From the IMG/VR virus record IMGVR_UViG_3300024254_000255, positions 1-39,079 of that record: DNA of 39,079 bases; one strand, 5' to 3'. Below the pieces are notes generated by a model. That model saw nothing but the letters and a program-made list of their open reading frames with translations. It did no database searches and was not told the DNA's origin. A program made the translations under genes and the position numbers. The stretch comes from a virus. Its lineage: Duplodnaviria; Caudoviricetes. Shown one piece after another: positions 7,180 through 16,157 of this stretch (its first letter is position 1; every line of letters begins with the position of its first letter).

Positions 7180-8556
7180 CTAAAAATGTTCTATTTTACA
7201 ACCGAAAGCTGAATGCTCGGGATTTTTACTCTTTGCGTAAGGCTTTCTAAAATATCCGGGTTCTATAGCTAAAAATGTTCCTTCGTTAAAAGCAAAAACA
7301 AGCTCAAAAGTATCGCCAAAACGATTTTTTCTGCATTTAACAACAAATTGATTTTTATAACTGACATCCTCTTGATAAAGTTCCGGCCTATCAACTCCTA
7401 GCCATAAAGTTGAGCTTCTATGGCCGCCACTAGAATCAGCTGCATCATGAGGCCATGGGCATCTATCATCATTCGCACGGTTAGAAGCACCGCGATTAAT
7501 TTGGGATAAGGCAATCACTGTGCAATTTAATTCTATAGCTAACTGAGCAAGTTTTGAGGTCACATCAGATTGTTTTAAATCATTTCTTTCAAACTGAGTT
7601 TTATTTTGCACTAATCCTAAGTAATCCACGACAATTACAGAGATTTTATTTTCCATAGCCCTTAACCTGGAAGTTGTTAGTATAAAATCTATATCCGAAA
7701 CTGCATGCGACATTGAGGTGTCATAAATCTTAATTGGAATTTCTTCCCGACTGGCTATAGCTTGGAATCGTTCTTCAGAATTGAGCTTTTCAAATTGCTT
7801 TCCACCACAAATTCCAACATGCCTTAGCCAAATATGCTTAGATTCCATTTCAATTGAAAAAAATAAGCTTTCAGTATTAACTTGGGCTCTGGCTATACAA
7901 TCCAGTAAAAAAATAGAAAATCCTGTCTTCCCTACACTAGCTCCGGCTGCAACAATAATTAAACTTTTAGGCATGATGCCGCCATTTAAAGCATCATTAA
8001 GTTGAGAGCAAGTAGTCGCAATCTTAGAATCTTCACCAAGTTTTCCATCATAGTAAGCTTCAGCTAATTCATTTCCACTGATTCCAATTTTATTTACGGA
8101 ATAATTTAAGTTGGAAATTTCATTAATTCTATTTTTCAAAATCATTTGCGCTTCAATTGGATCATGGCAATTTCTAACTTCATCTAGCATAAATTCAGTA
8201 ACTCTTAGTTGTTTGCGTAAATTATTCAGGATTATAAGGCGGTCTATGTCAGATTCAAAAGTAGATTCTGAAACATGATACTTTTGGTAATTATCCATTA
8301 TCCAGGCTAAACAGGCGGATAGTTCTTTGTTATCTGCTCCTAAAATAACCAAAATATCTACAAAATGAAATGATTCCTGCTTTATAAAACAATTCTTTAC
8401 TATAGAAAATAGTTTTTTTGTATCTGGATTGTAAAAGCATTCATGAGTTAACTTTAAAAAAGCTTTTTGAACTTTTTCAGATTTATGATTTTCAAAATGC
8501 ATTAAATTTTCAAGAACCCTTTGTTCAAGCTCAAATGAATAATTAACTGGCGTCAT
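7180..8556 (-). CDS. dnaB: Replicative DNA helicase, DnaB family
   Basis: Walker A AAGASVGKT, FFSIEM, IVVDYLGL, IALSQINR, KNRFG. Confidence 0.93.
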   Translation of the reverse strand: MTPVNYSFELEQRVLENLMHFENHKSEKVQKAFLKLTHECFYNPDTKKLFSIVKNCFIKQESFHFVDILVILGADNKELSACLAWIMDNYQKYHVSESTFESDIDRLIILNNLRKQLRVTEFMLDEVRNCHDPIEAQMILKNRINEISNLNYSVNKIGISGNELAEAYYDGKLGEDSKIATTCSQLNDALNGGIMPKSLIIVAAGASVGKTGFSIFLLDCIARAQVNTESLFFSIEMESKHIWLRHVGICGGKQFEKLNSEERFQAIASREEIPIKIYDTSMSHAVSDIDFILTTSRLRAMENKISVIVVDYLGLVQNKTQFERNDLKQSDVTSKLAQLAIELNCTVIALSQINRGASNRANDDRCPWPHDAADSSGGHRSSTLWLGVDRPELYQEDVSYKNQFVVKCRKNRFGDTFELVFAFNEGTFLAIEPGYFRKPYAKSKNPEHSAFGCKIEHF

Positions 8557-9326
8557 GAATAGGCACCCTCTAGAAATTTAACCAATGTATTCCAGCGTGC
8601 AAAAGTTTCTAATCCATTTTTTTTCTTAATTCCACTTGGCAATTCATATTCGCGTAAAGCGAATTTAGGGGCTAATTCTTTCAAAGCAGTTAAATAAAGC
8701 TTAAATCCTTCTGGAGTTAACTCGCGCTGCTTAGGGTCTGCTTCTGGCCATCGCTTAATTAAAGTCCTCAAAACCTTTTCAAGAGAAGTGGATATCAAAG
8801 ACCTGTGAGGTTGTGGATTGTCAGGGAACACCTCTCGATAAATGTCAATCAGCCCCATTAACTGGTTTTTGGGGTTTTTATTTTTTTTATTTTTAATTGC
8901 TGTTATTGGCGAATTTTCAAATTCGCTAGTAGTAGTATTATTATCTTTGTTTTTTAAAGGAAGTATATTTGTTTTATATGTTTCCTGATTTTCAGTTTCC
9001 TGATTTTCAGGATGCGGTAAATTGTAAGGTTTAAGATGTAACTTGTAATTGTATGTAAGGAAATGACCTGCATGACGTTGTTGAGTTCTACTTAAAAGTT
9101 TTAAATCGAGTAAAGCTGTCAACAATCGATAACATTTGTCTTTAGACATTTTGAAGTGATTCATAAGCTCTTTTGCTTGAATATTCCAGCCGGGGGGTTT
9201 GGTTAAAAGATAACAATATATGCCTAAAACAGCGGGATCGGTGATATTTTGAATGGTTTCATTTACAACAATCGTGCAACCTAAATCTTCTTTCTCAAAA
9301 TTTCCTGTGAATTTTTCAATAGCCAT
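8553..9326 (-). CDS. Phage replication initiator (N-terminal HTH); probable start MAIEKF at 9326
   Basis: LGIYCYLLTKPPGW...ELMNHFKMSKDK HTH, ENQET repeat linker, coupled to dnaB; AGGA RBS. Confidence 0.8.
   Translation of the reverse strand: MAIEKFTGNFEKEDLGCTIVVNETIQNITDPAVLGIYCYLLTKPPGWNIQAKELMNHFKMSKDKCYRLLTALLDLKLLSRTQQRHAGHFLTYNYKLHLKPYNLPHPENQETENQETYKTNILPLKNKDNNTTTSEFENSPITAIKNKKNKNPKNQLMGLIDIYREVFPDNPQPHRSLISTSLEKVLRTLIKRWPEADPKQRELTPEGFKLYLTALKELAPKFALREYELPSGIKKKNGLETFARWNTLVKFLEGAYS
8980..9010. repeat. 15-bp tandem repeat inside the initiator gene (iteron-like)
   Basis: GTTTCCTGATTTTCA x2. Confidence 0.7.
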
Positions 9327-9411
9327 GATATAATTTTCCTGTATTGCCATGATATATACACTCATATTGCCATGATCGTATTGCCATGATCGTATTGCCA
9401 TGATATATACA
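9318..9411. repeat. Direct-repeat array upstream of the initiator
   Basis: TATTGCCATGAT at 9342, 9365, 9379 and 9393, plus a degenerate copy over the start codon. Confidence 0.9.
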
Positions 9412-9552
9412 TGTTATAAATTTAAACAGTTAAGGCAAAGAACCGGGTAAAGTTACTAATGCTTTAACAACTTTTTAGACATAGACAAGGATGTCTACTT
9501 TTATCCTACATGATGTAGAATAGCCTTCCTAATCATAACATTAATAGAATTA

Positions 9553-9771
9553 TTAATAATCATCATTTTTTATTTTATTCGTGATAAAAATCTTTTTAGC
9601 AAACCTATTTGTAAATGTTAGCCACCGCATTAAACCATAAGATAATAGTAAAATAGCAGCCCACATTGGTATAAAATCATACAAAACTGCAGTGGGAAGA
9701 AGAATGCTATAAGAAAATTGGAAGGCTAAAAAAAACATGCAAATATTAAAAACTGTAACTTTCATAATCAT
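9553..9771 (-). CDS. Small two-TM membrane protein
   Basis: Two hydrophobic segments and a basic C-terminus. Confidence 0.6.
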   Translation of the reverse strand: MIMKVTVFNICMFFLAFQFSYSILLPTAVLYDFIPMWAAILLLSYGLMRWLTFTNRFAKKIFITNKIKNDDY

Positions 9772-9786
9772 CCTTGGTAGTTTGTT

Positions 9787-10026
9787 TTAAATATGTGGGA
9801 TAGATGTAATTCCTTTACGGTGTTTGAATTTAGGAGATGGATCTAACTCATCAGGGAGTAAATATCCATTAGTCATTTCTGCAATACGATATTGTTGCAA
9901 TAATGGAATATACCCTTGTTTCTTCCATTTTGTAATATTTTGTACTGTTATATCTAACATTTTACATGCTCTATAAAGTGTTCCAAAATAGATTTCTGTT
10001 TCATCAAGTGTCATGTTTAACCTCAT
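9787..10026 (-). CDS. Cro-like HTH regulator
   Basis: YFGTLYRACKMLDITVQNITKWKKQGYIP..QYRI..MTNG-L pattern of Cro/YdaS proteins; divergent from the recombination operon. Confidence 0.8.
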   Translation of the reverse strand: MRLNMTLDETEIYFGTLYRACKMLDITVQNITKWKKQGYIPLLQQYRIAEMTNGYLLPDELDPSPKFKHRKGITSIPHI

Positions 10027-10050
10027 TTATTTTTATTTCATCAAGTCCGT

Positions 10051-10079
10051 TTGATTTAAACTCTAGTTTACTCTATAAT
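10051..10079 (+). promoter_or_regulatory. Sigma70 promoter of the recombination operon with palindromic operator in its spacer
   Basis: TTGATT-17-TATAAT; spacer holds TAAACTCTAGTTTA. Confidence 0.75.
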
Positions 10080-10102
10080 AATTACTTAGAAAAGGAGTTT
10101 CT

Positions 10103-10933
10103 ATGCTAACGGATAAGCAAAAGGCCATGAGGGCTAGTGGAATTGGTGCATCGGATTCGCCAATTATTATGGGATATTCTAATTACAAAACACCATATCA
10201 ACTTTATTTAGAAAAGACAGGCTTGATCACGGATGAACAGGAAGAAACTGAACAACAATATTGGGGTAACGCCATGGAACCCCTCATTATTAAACGCTTT
10301 GCTGAAAAAAATAAGTTTGATATTACATTCCCAGATACTATATACCATCCTGATCACCCTTTTATATTTGCCAATTTGGACGGTTGGATTGAATCTGAAA
10401 ATGCCGTTATTGAAGCAAAATCTGCCAATTCTTATCAACGTAAAGAATGGGATTCAGCCACTTCGGACGGGATTCCGTTAGTTTATTTAATCCAAATTGC
10501 TAAACAAGTCGCAGTGTCTAATGCTTCAATAGGCTATTGTGCTGTATTAATTGGCGGTAGCGAATATAAACAATTTATCTATGAACGTGATAAAGCCCTT
10601 GAAGAACTTATTATACAATCCGATATCGATTTTTGGCATTGTGTAACGAATCGCATTGAACCTGCAGCTAAAAATACTAATGACTGTCGTCTTAAATATC
10701 GTACGGTTTCTCCAGATAAAGTCACTGTAATCTCCTATAAAACATCCAATGCTTTAGCTGAATTAATGCATGTTAAAAGTGAACTTAAAAAATTATTAGA
10801 AGCTGAAGAAGAATTTAAAATGAATCTTATGAGTCACATGGCTGATGCTGAATATTTAATGGGAACTGATGGGGAATTATTAGCTACTTGGAAAGCTAAT
10901 AAAAAAGGAACACGAGTTTTTAATATTAAGTGA
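10103..10933 (+). CDS. YqaJ-like viral recombinase exonuclease
   Basis: RASGIGASD, TPYQLYLEKTG, WGNAMEP, ANLDG, IEAKS, YLIQ. Confidence 0.92.
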   Translation: MLTDKQKAMRASGIGASDSPIIMGYSNYKTPYQLYLEKTGLITDEQEETEQQYWGNAMEPLIIKRFAEKNKFDITFPDTIYHPDHPFIFANLDGWIESENAVIEAKSANSYQRKEWDSATSDGIPLVYLIQIAKQVAVSNASIGYCAVLIGGSEYKQFIYERDKALEELIIQSDIDFWHCVTNRIEPAAKNTNDCRLKYRTVSPDKVTVISYKTSNALAELMHVKSELKKLLEAEEEFKMNLMSHMADAEYLMGTDGELLATWKANKKGTRVFNIK

Positions 10934-11922
10934 GGGATCACATGGTTAATATGGGCGTAGCTGTAACTTCTGAATCATTTCCGGAAGTAAGAAATATAAA
11001 AAACACAAGATTAGATGATAGTTTATTCTCAAAAGAATTGGCTCCCCATTACATGCAATTAGCATCTAAATTAGCAAATTCAGAATTAGTCCCAAAATGC
11101 TACCGTGGTAAGCCGCAAGACTTATTTTTGGCTTGGGCTATGGGTTACTCTATGGGAATGTCACCTGAGCAATCTATGCAGTGTATAGCGATTATTAATG
11201 GACGTGCTTGCATGTGGGGAGATGAAATGCTGGCATTATGTATGACGCATAAAGATTTTATCGACATTATTGAAGAGACTGTGCTTAATGGAAATTCAAT
11301 CATCGGCTATCAATGCACTGTCAAACGTAAAAATATGACCGATCATGTTTATACTTTTACGGTTGATATGGCTAAAAAAGCAGGATTGTTATCAAAGCCT
11401 GGAACCTGGAGTCAATATCCTGAAAGGATGTTACAACTTCGAGCGCGCGCATTTGCTTTGAGAAATAGATTTCCTGATGCACTTAAAGGGATTAAATCAC
11501 GGGAAGAAGTAGAAGATTACATTGATGTAGAATATAAATCAATTGATGACAAAATATCTAGAACTGAATTTTTAAAAAAGGATTTATTAACTAAAGGGAA
11601 CTTAAATGTTGAAAATATTTCTGAAACCGCTCATGTCACTTGTTCAATGGAGAATCAATCAGATTCACAAGAAGCAGACCAAATCAACAAATCCAATACT
11701 GTGGATGAATTTAGAAAATCAGAAAATAACTCTGATGCAGAATCTCATATCACTAATAACACTCTCCCAGAAAAAATCACCCTTATTCACCAACTTTTGG
11801 AAGAAAAAGGATTCACTAATGATCGACTTCTTAAAGCTCTAAAATATTATGAAATAGATGATATTCAATCTATGACAGATGATTTTGCAGATCACTTTAT
11901 CAGTCAATTAAACAAATCTTAA
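10930..11922 (+). CDS. recT: RecT-like single-strand annealing protein
   Basis: LVPK-YRGKP-D, IAIINGR, AKKAGL, WSQYPERML--RA-AFALR--FPDAL-G; between exonuclease and SSB. Confidence 0.8.
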   Translation: MRDHMVNMGVAVTSESFPEVRNIKNTRLDDSLFSKELAPHYMQLASKLANSELVPKCYRGKPQDLFLAWAMGYSMGMSPEQSMQCIAIINGRACMWGDEMLALCMTHKDFIDIIEETVLNGNSIIGYQCTVKRKNMTDHVYTFTVDMAKKAGLLSKPGTWSQYPERMLQLRARAFALRNRFPDALKGIKSREEVEDYIDVEYKSIDDKISRTEFLKKDLLTKGNLNVENISETAHVTCSMENQSDSQEADQINKSNTVDEFRKSENNSDAESHITNNTLPEKITLIHQLLEEKGFTNDRLLKALKYYEIDDIQSMTDDFADHFISQLNKS

Positions 11923-11931
11923 GGAATTATT

Positions 11932-12324
11932 ATGGTCAATCAAGCGACAATATTGGGTCGAATTGGGAAAATTGAGACAAAAATATCTAAAAGTGGTATT
12001 TCATATACCAATATGAGTATGGTGACTTCTAAAAAATTCATGAAAAATGGACAAAAAGAAGAAAAAGTTACTTGGCATAATGTCACTTGCTTTGGAAAGC
12101 TTTCTGAAATAGCAGAAAAATATGTAGCAGTAGGTGATATGCTTTATATCCAAGGTGAAATGGATAGTCAAAAATATGCAGGACAAGACGGTATAGAAAG
12201 AATTAAAAATTATGTGATTGCTGGAGAATTAAAATTACTGCCAAAGGCAAAAGAACATAAATCCGAAACTAAGCCAGCTGCTTCTTATATGTCTGATTTT
12301 GGTGATGATGCAATCCCATTTTAA
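11932..12324 (+). CDS. ssb: Single-stranded DNA-binding protein
   Basis: VNQATILGRIG, TWHNVTCFGKLSE, acidic DDAIPF tail. Confidence 0.95.
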   Translation: MVNQATILGRIGKIETKISKSGISYTNMSMVTSKKFMKNGQKEEKVTWHNVTCFGKLSEIAEKYVAVGDMLYIQGEMDSQKYAGQDGIERIKNYVIAGELKLLPKAKEHKSETKPAASYMSDFGDDAIPF

Positions 12325-12691
12325 TTCCTATCATTTTAGAAAGTGTTATGTCTAAACATCCATTTAATTGAGGTTGTCTTGTAATTAAAATTGAATCAAT
12401 TTGGTAGTCATCTTCATATACTCCCGCGTGCTGAAGAGAATCTAATAAACTCTTTAGCACATTATCTAAGTCTCTGCGTCTTTTATCAGGAGGATAGGCT
12501 TCAATTACAATAGATAGTTTCTCTTCAGGCCTAAAGAGTCCTTTAAATTTGTGACAAAGTATTACAGTATGAGCACGAAACTCATTTCCTTTTTTACTAA
12601 TAAAATAAGTGGCTCCATTTCTGCGCCAATATTGATTGACACTTGGAGGCCATGGTAATGTTACATTTACCAAGCGGCTCGATTCATCCAT
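12269..12691 (-). CDS. rusA: RusA Holliday junction resolvase
   Basis: LPWPPSVNQYWR, PPDKRRRDLDNVLKSLLDSL, DDYQID. Confidence 0.93.
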   Translation of the reverse strand: MDESSRLVNVTLPWPPSVNQYWRRNGATYFISKKGNEFRAHTVILCHKFKGLFRPEEKLSIVIEAYPPDKRRRDLDNVLKSLLDSLQHAGVYEDDYQIDSILITRQPQLNGCLDITLSKMIGIKMGLHHHQNQTYKKQLA

Positions 12692-13212
12692 CCGTTTCTA
12701 AAAATCTCCAATTCAGGTTTAGCTGATAAAATTCTTATGTAAGAAAATTTAGCTTCCTCTCTTAATTTTTGACGCAACAAATAGGGATCTAATCTATTTG
12801 CTGCACCAAAAGTTAATCCACCTAAAATTCCGTCAACAATTATAGGCTTCTCATTGAGCTGATTTATGGCTATCTGAAGCAACTTATGAGCCGCATAGCC
12901 GCCCATGTTGACAGCAAGGTCGAATACTTTTTCAACAACTTCTAAAGCATTAAACGCTGAATATTTATAGTGATCCCACCAAAATTCCCGATAAATCTCT
13001 ATAGCATCCTGCTTTGGTAGGCCAATAATATCTTCTCTATCGATAATTCCATCTCCATTAACATCATAACCAATAGAACGTAAATATCTTAAGGAAATTC
13101 CCCATTGGGTTATTCCTCCTAAATCATTTTTATTGTCAATTAATCCACCTTCATGTTCTAAAATAATATTTACACAATCATTAAACATTTCTTCAGGTGT
13201 TAAGGCATCCAT
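12667..13212 (-). CDS. Endolysin, glycosyl hydrolase family 108 with peptidoglycan-binding C-terminus
   Basis: HEGG, D-GG-T-WGI, FDLAVNMG, VDGILG-LT, GWMNR. Confidence 0.92.
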   Translation of the reverse strand: MDALTPEEMFNDCVNIILEHEGGLIDNKNDLGGITQWGISLRYLRSIGYDVNGDGIIDREDIIGLPKQDAIEIYREFWWDHYKYSAFNALEVVEKVFDLAVNMGGYAAHKLLQIAINQLNEKPIIVDGILGGLTFGAANRLDPYLLRQKLREEAKFSYIRILSAKPELEIFRNGWMNRAAW

Positions 13213-13682
13213 ATTTTATCCTGTTTAAAACATGTATTTTCATGTTCTTCATAATGAGAGGCACCAAATAAACGTACCACAACAAAGAATTTCATGGCTG
13301 TTAATCGTGTTACCCCACTTTCTACTAAAGATGAATAAAGTACTTCATCAGACCACTCACGACTACCAAGATTGCCGCAAGTATAAAGATAATCATGTAG
13401 AATCGCGGGAGCAACAAAAGCCGTATACTGAGGCGCAAATATAGACCATAGAGGGCGCGGGATACTCGCCAAATTCGTCTTGAAATCCTTGGGCACAACA
13501 TATTGTCCTCCGTCTATAAGTACATGCATTGCTTCACATGTATGATAGATATAGTGTTTAAATGGTTTAATGCAAGCTTCGTCTTGGAAAACAATGGTGT
13601 GAGGAGTTGCGCAGGCTATTAAAACTGCTAGAAAGAAATAAACTATCATCACAAACACCAATCCTTGGCGTATTTTCTTCAT
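13200..13682 (-). CDS. DUF1353 protein with lipoprotein-like signal
   Basis: VPKDFKTNLASIPR, AILHDYLY, VRLFG; N-terminal hydrophobic helix ending LIAC. Confidence 0.85.
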   Translation of the reverse strand: MKKIRQGLVFVMIVYFFLAVLIACATPHTIVFQDEACIKPFKHYIYHTCEAMHVLIDGGQYVVPKDFKTNLASIPRPLWSIFAPQYTAFVAPAILHDYLYTCGNLGSREWSDEVLYSSLVESGVTRLTAMKFFVVVRLFGASHYEEHENTCFKQDKIWMP

Positions 13683-13693
13683 AAAATCCTTGG

Positions 13694-13746
13694 GTACCTA
13701 TAGGAAAATGGAAGAATATATGGAGTATATTGAAACCTATAGGTAC
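13694..13746. repeat. 11-bp inverted repeat in the lysis-cassette leader
   Basis: GTACCTATAGG (13694-13704) / CCTATAGGTAC (13736-13746). Confidence 0.85.
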
Positions 13747-13783
13747 AGATTTAGTATAGCAGTATTTAAGCGGAAGAATAGAC

Positions 13784-13841
13784 TGAGCGGATTAATCTTA
13801 TCTTTTAGGACAATCAATCGATAAAGGGATTAATCCGCTCA
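13784..13841. terminator. 14-bp inverted repeat, probable terminator of the structural operon
   Basis: TGAGCGGATTAATC / GATTAATCCGCTCA directly after the last tail gene. Confidence 0.7.
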
Positions 13842-13845
13842 AGTT

Positions 13846-14040
13846 TTAACATTCTACAGTAGGTTCATCATGAGTAACAACAGGTTCATCAACTTTAGTT
13901 TCATTATTAATTTTATTTAATTCAGAAATTTGATAATCAACTTCAGCTTTATGTCCTTGAAGAATATAAACTTGCTGGGTGCCCAAATTGATAGAATTTT
14001 CTAATTGTTGTCTTCTTTCCTGTAGTTCAACTAATGTCAT
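13846..14040 (-). CDS. Small coiled-coil protein (possible fibre chaperone)
   Basis: Heptad pattern; AAGGA RBS. Confidence 0.7.
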   Translation of the reverse strand: MTLVELQERRQQLENSINLGTQQVYILQGHKAEVDYQISELNKINNETKVDEPVVTHDEPTVEC

Positions 14041-14050
14041 TTTAACTTCC

Positions 14051-15355
14051 TTATTTAGTGATTATATAATTAAAAGTTCCTACACCTGCATCAGCGGAAT
14101 TTGTAACAACAAAACTACCGTTTCCAGGAACAATTTTCAATACTGAAGCCGCATTAGCTTGCGTATTCCAATTACCTACAACCATACTACCAGTTGTACA
14201 AAAATCATCAGTAAAGGATTGTGCAGCATTTCCTCCACCTGCAGCAGCTCCTGCTACTGATTTCATGCGAATAGCAGATGTAGCAACAACGATTCCACCT
14301 GTAGCAGCACCAATGTCACCCATAGTATAAACTGTGGATTGATTCATTGTTCCATTGCTGATAGTAGTATTAAAAGCACCACCTGCATTAACAGCTGCTA
14401 ATATTAAACTACCATTTGCGGTGGTTCCTGGAAATGAAGTGACAGTTCCTGGGGCTCCAGAAATACCAGCCGTCAAATTACCGCCATCAATCTGTAAATT
14501 TCCTACAGTGATATGTTGGGTTCCAGTGGTTTTTGATAAAATGAAATTAGCTGTTGCTGCGCCTGAGTCAGGGATTGTGATAACTTGTGCTTGACCTAAA
14601 CCCGCGATGTCACTCACAGTAGTTGCAAAGTTTCCTACGTTACCAACTGGTGTTAATCTTAAACTTCCATTGGTTGTGGTTGCAGGATAAAGCAATAAAC
14701 CACCAGCTGTTCCGCCTGTTGCAATACCCGAAGATATTGTGCCAGCATCTACTGCTAATGAACCTACTGTAATATGCTGAGTTCCTGTAAGCTTGGAAAT
14801 AATAATATTTGCAGTAGCAGAGCCTGAATCTGGAATACTATAAACAGATGCCTGCCCATGTGACGCATTACTAATAGTAACCAGTGTGTCACCTGTATTT
14901 GCAACAGCTGTTAATCGTAAAGAACCCTTAGCTAATGTAGCTGGAAAAGAAGCTAGATATCCAGCTGTTCCAGATAACCCGGCTTGTATATTTCCACCAT
15001 TTATTGCAGTCGCAACGTCTTCAGATAAAGTTCCTAATGCATCTGTAAATATTGCCATATGATTTGCAATAGTTGGTAGAGTCACTCCTCCTGGACTTGT
15101 AGTAGGAAGAATAGACCAATTGGAGCCCGAATGACTTATTTGATAAGTTCCTACTTTAAATGCTGAAGTAGGAGTGGCTTTTGTACTTACAATAGCCAAA
15201 CAAGGAAGTTGAAATGAAATTCCATTTTGAACTTCACCATTTAAAAATCCAGCAGTTAAAACTTGAGCTTCAGTGCTGTCTGTATAGATATATGCAACGC
15301 TTGGTAATACGCCTACCAGACCTGCCTGGACGGTTTGAATATTAATTATAGCCAT
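14051..15355 (-). CDS. Fibre-like virion protein with three internal repeats
   Basis: G/A/T-rich; GSLRL/GSLIL three times, IPDSG and TGTQHITVG twice. Confidence 0.75.
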   Translation of the reverse strand: MAIINIQTVQAGLVGVLPSVAYIYTDSTEAQVLTAGFLNGEVQNGISFQLPCLAIVSTKATPTSAFKVGTYQISHSGSNWSILPTTSPGGVTLPTIANHMAIFTDALGTLSEDVATAINGGNIQAGLSGTAGYLASFPATLAKGSLRLTAVANTGDTLVTISNASHGQASVYSIPDSGSATANIIISKLTGTQHITVGSLAVDAGTISSGIATGGTAGGLLLYPATTTNGSLRLTPVGNVGNFATTVSDIAGLGQAQVITIPDSGAATANFILSKTTGTQHITVGNLQIDGGNLTAGISGAPGTVTSFPGTTANGSLILAAVNAGGAFNTTISNGTMNQSTVYTMGDIGAATGGIVVATSAIRMKSVAGAAAGGGNAAQSFTDDFCTTGSMVVGNWNTQANAASVLKIVPGNGSFVVTNSADAGVGTFNYIITK

Positions 15356-15398
15356 TCTATCTCTCCTTAGATTATTTTTGACGTCATGTCATTTAAAG

Positions 15399-16157
15399 CT
15401 ATTTAAATCTTATGCCATTGTAAACTACCCAAATGCTCTCTGCATCTTGGAATTTCCATGCGCAAGTTCGGCTATCTAATTTTACACCTTGAGTTACATT
15501 ATCCATCAAAACGCCATTAATTGAACCGTTTAATGGAATAAAACAATCAACATTTAATAAATTTATGCCCCTGGCCTTATTTAAGTAAATTTGTGAGACA
15601 TTAGTGCCAGAAATAGTGGTATTGATGACCTGTGTCATTCTAATGCCTGCTGCAATTCCTTCGGTATTATCAGAATTTAATGCGCCATCTAAATAAATTC
15701 CGTGATTCCAGCTCGTATCAATTCCTGATTCACGACCAATTATAATGCCACTTATGGTAAATGTATGTCTATTATAAGAATTTATACTGCTATCAGTATC
15801 TTTATCGGCCTGAACATAAATAGCAATGCCATTATTAGTTCCTTTTCCTGCTAGAATAGTTAAGTCCTTAATAGAACCACCGGAATGGTCAGTCCCTCGC
15901 ATCCAATGAAAAAATGCGCCACCCTGAAAATCACGTATTAAAGTTGTCGAACCTATTCCATCACCCACAATGTTTAGAGCACATGGGAATGGATCTAAAG
16001 GTGTCATAAAATGATGCTCTCCATTCCCCACATAAATTGTGCGTGATATTGATGAAGAACACGCTTCTTTCGCATATTGATTAAATTTTAAACTAAAATC
16101 TTCTGCGGCTAATAATGGACAGGATATAATCCATAATAATGTTATAAATTTATACAT
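15399..16157 (-). CDS. Signal-peptide protein with pectin-lyase-like beta-helix
   Basis: MYKFITLLWIISCPLLA signal; TIYVGNG...LNIVGDG-GSTTL N-terminal motif; GSIKDLTI, NGIAIY rungs. Confidence 0.65.
   Translation of the reverse strand: MYKFITLLWIISCPLLAAEDFSLKFNQYAKEACSSSISRTIYVGNGEHHFMTPLDPFPCALNIVGDGIGSTTLIRDFQGGAFFHWMRGTDHSGGSIKDLTILAGKGTNNGIAIYVQADKDTDSSINSYNRHTFTISGIIIGRESGIDTSWNHGIYLDGALNSDNTEGIAAGIRMTQVINTTISGTNVSQIYLNKARGINLLNVDCFIPLNGSINGVLMDNVTQGVKLDSRTCAWKFQDAESIWVVYNGIRFK

Noticed and set aside
9341-9411. Repeat array as a mini-CRISPR
   Set aside because: Units are 12-14 bp and nearly adjacent, with no unique 25-45 bp spacers and no cas genes
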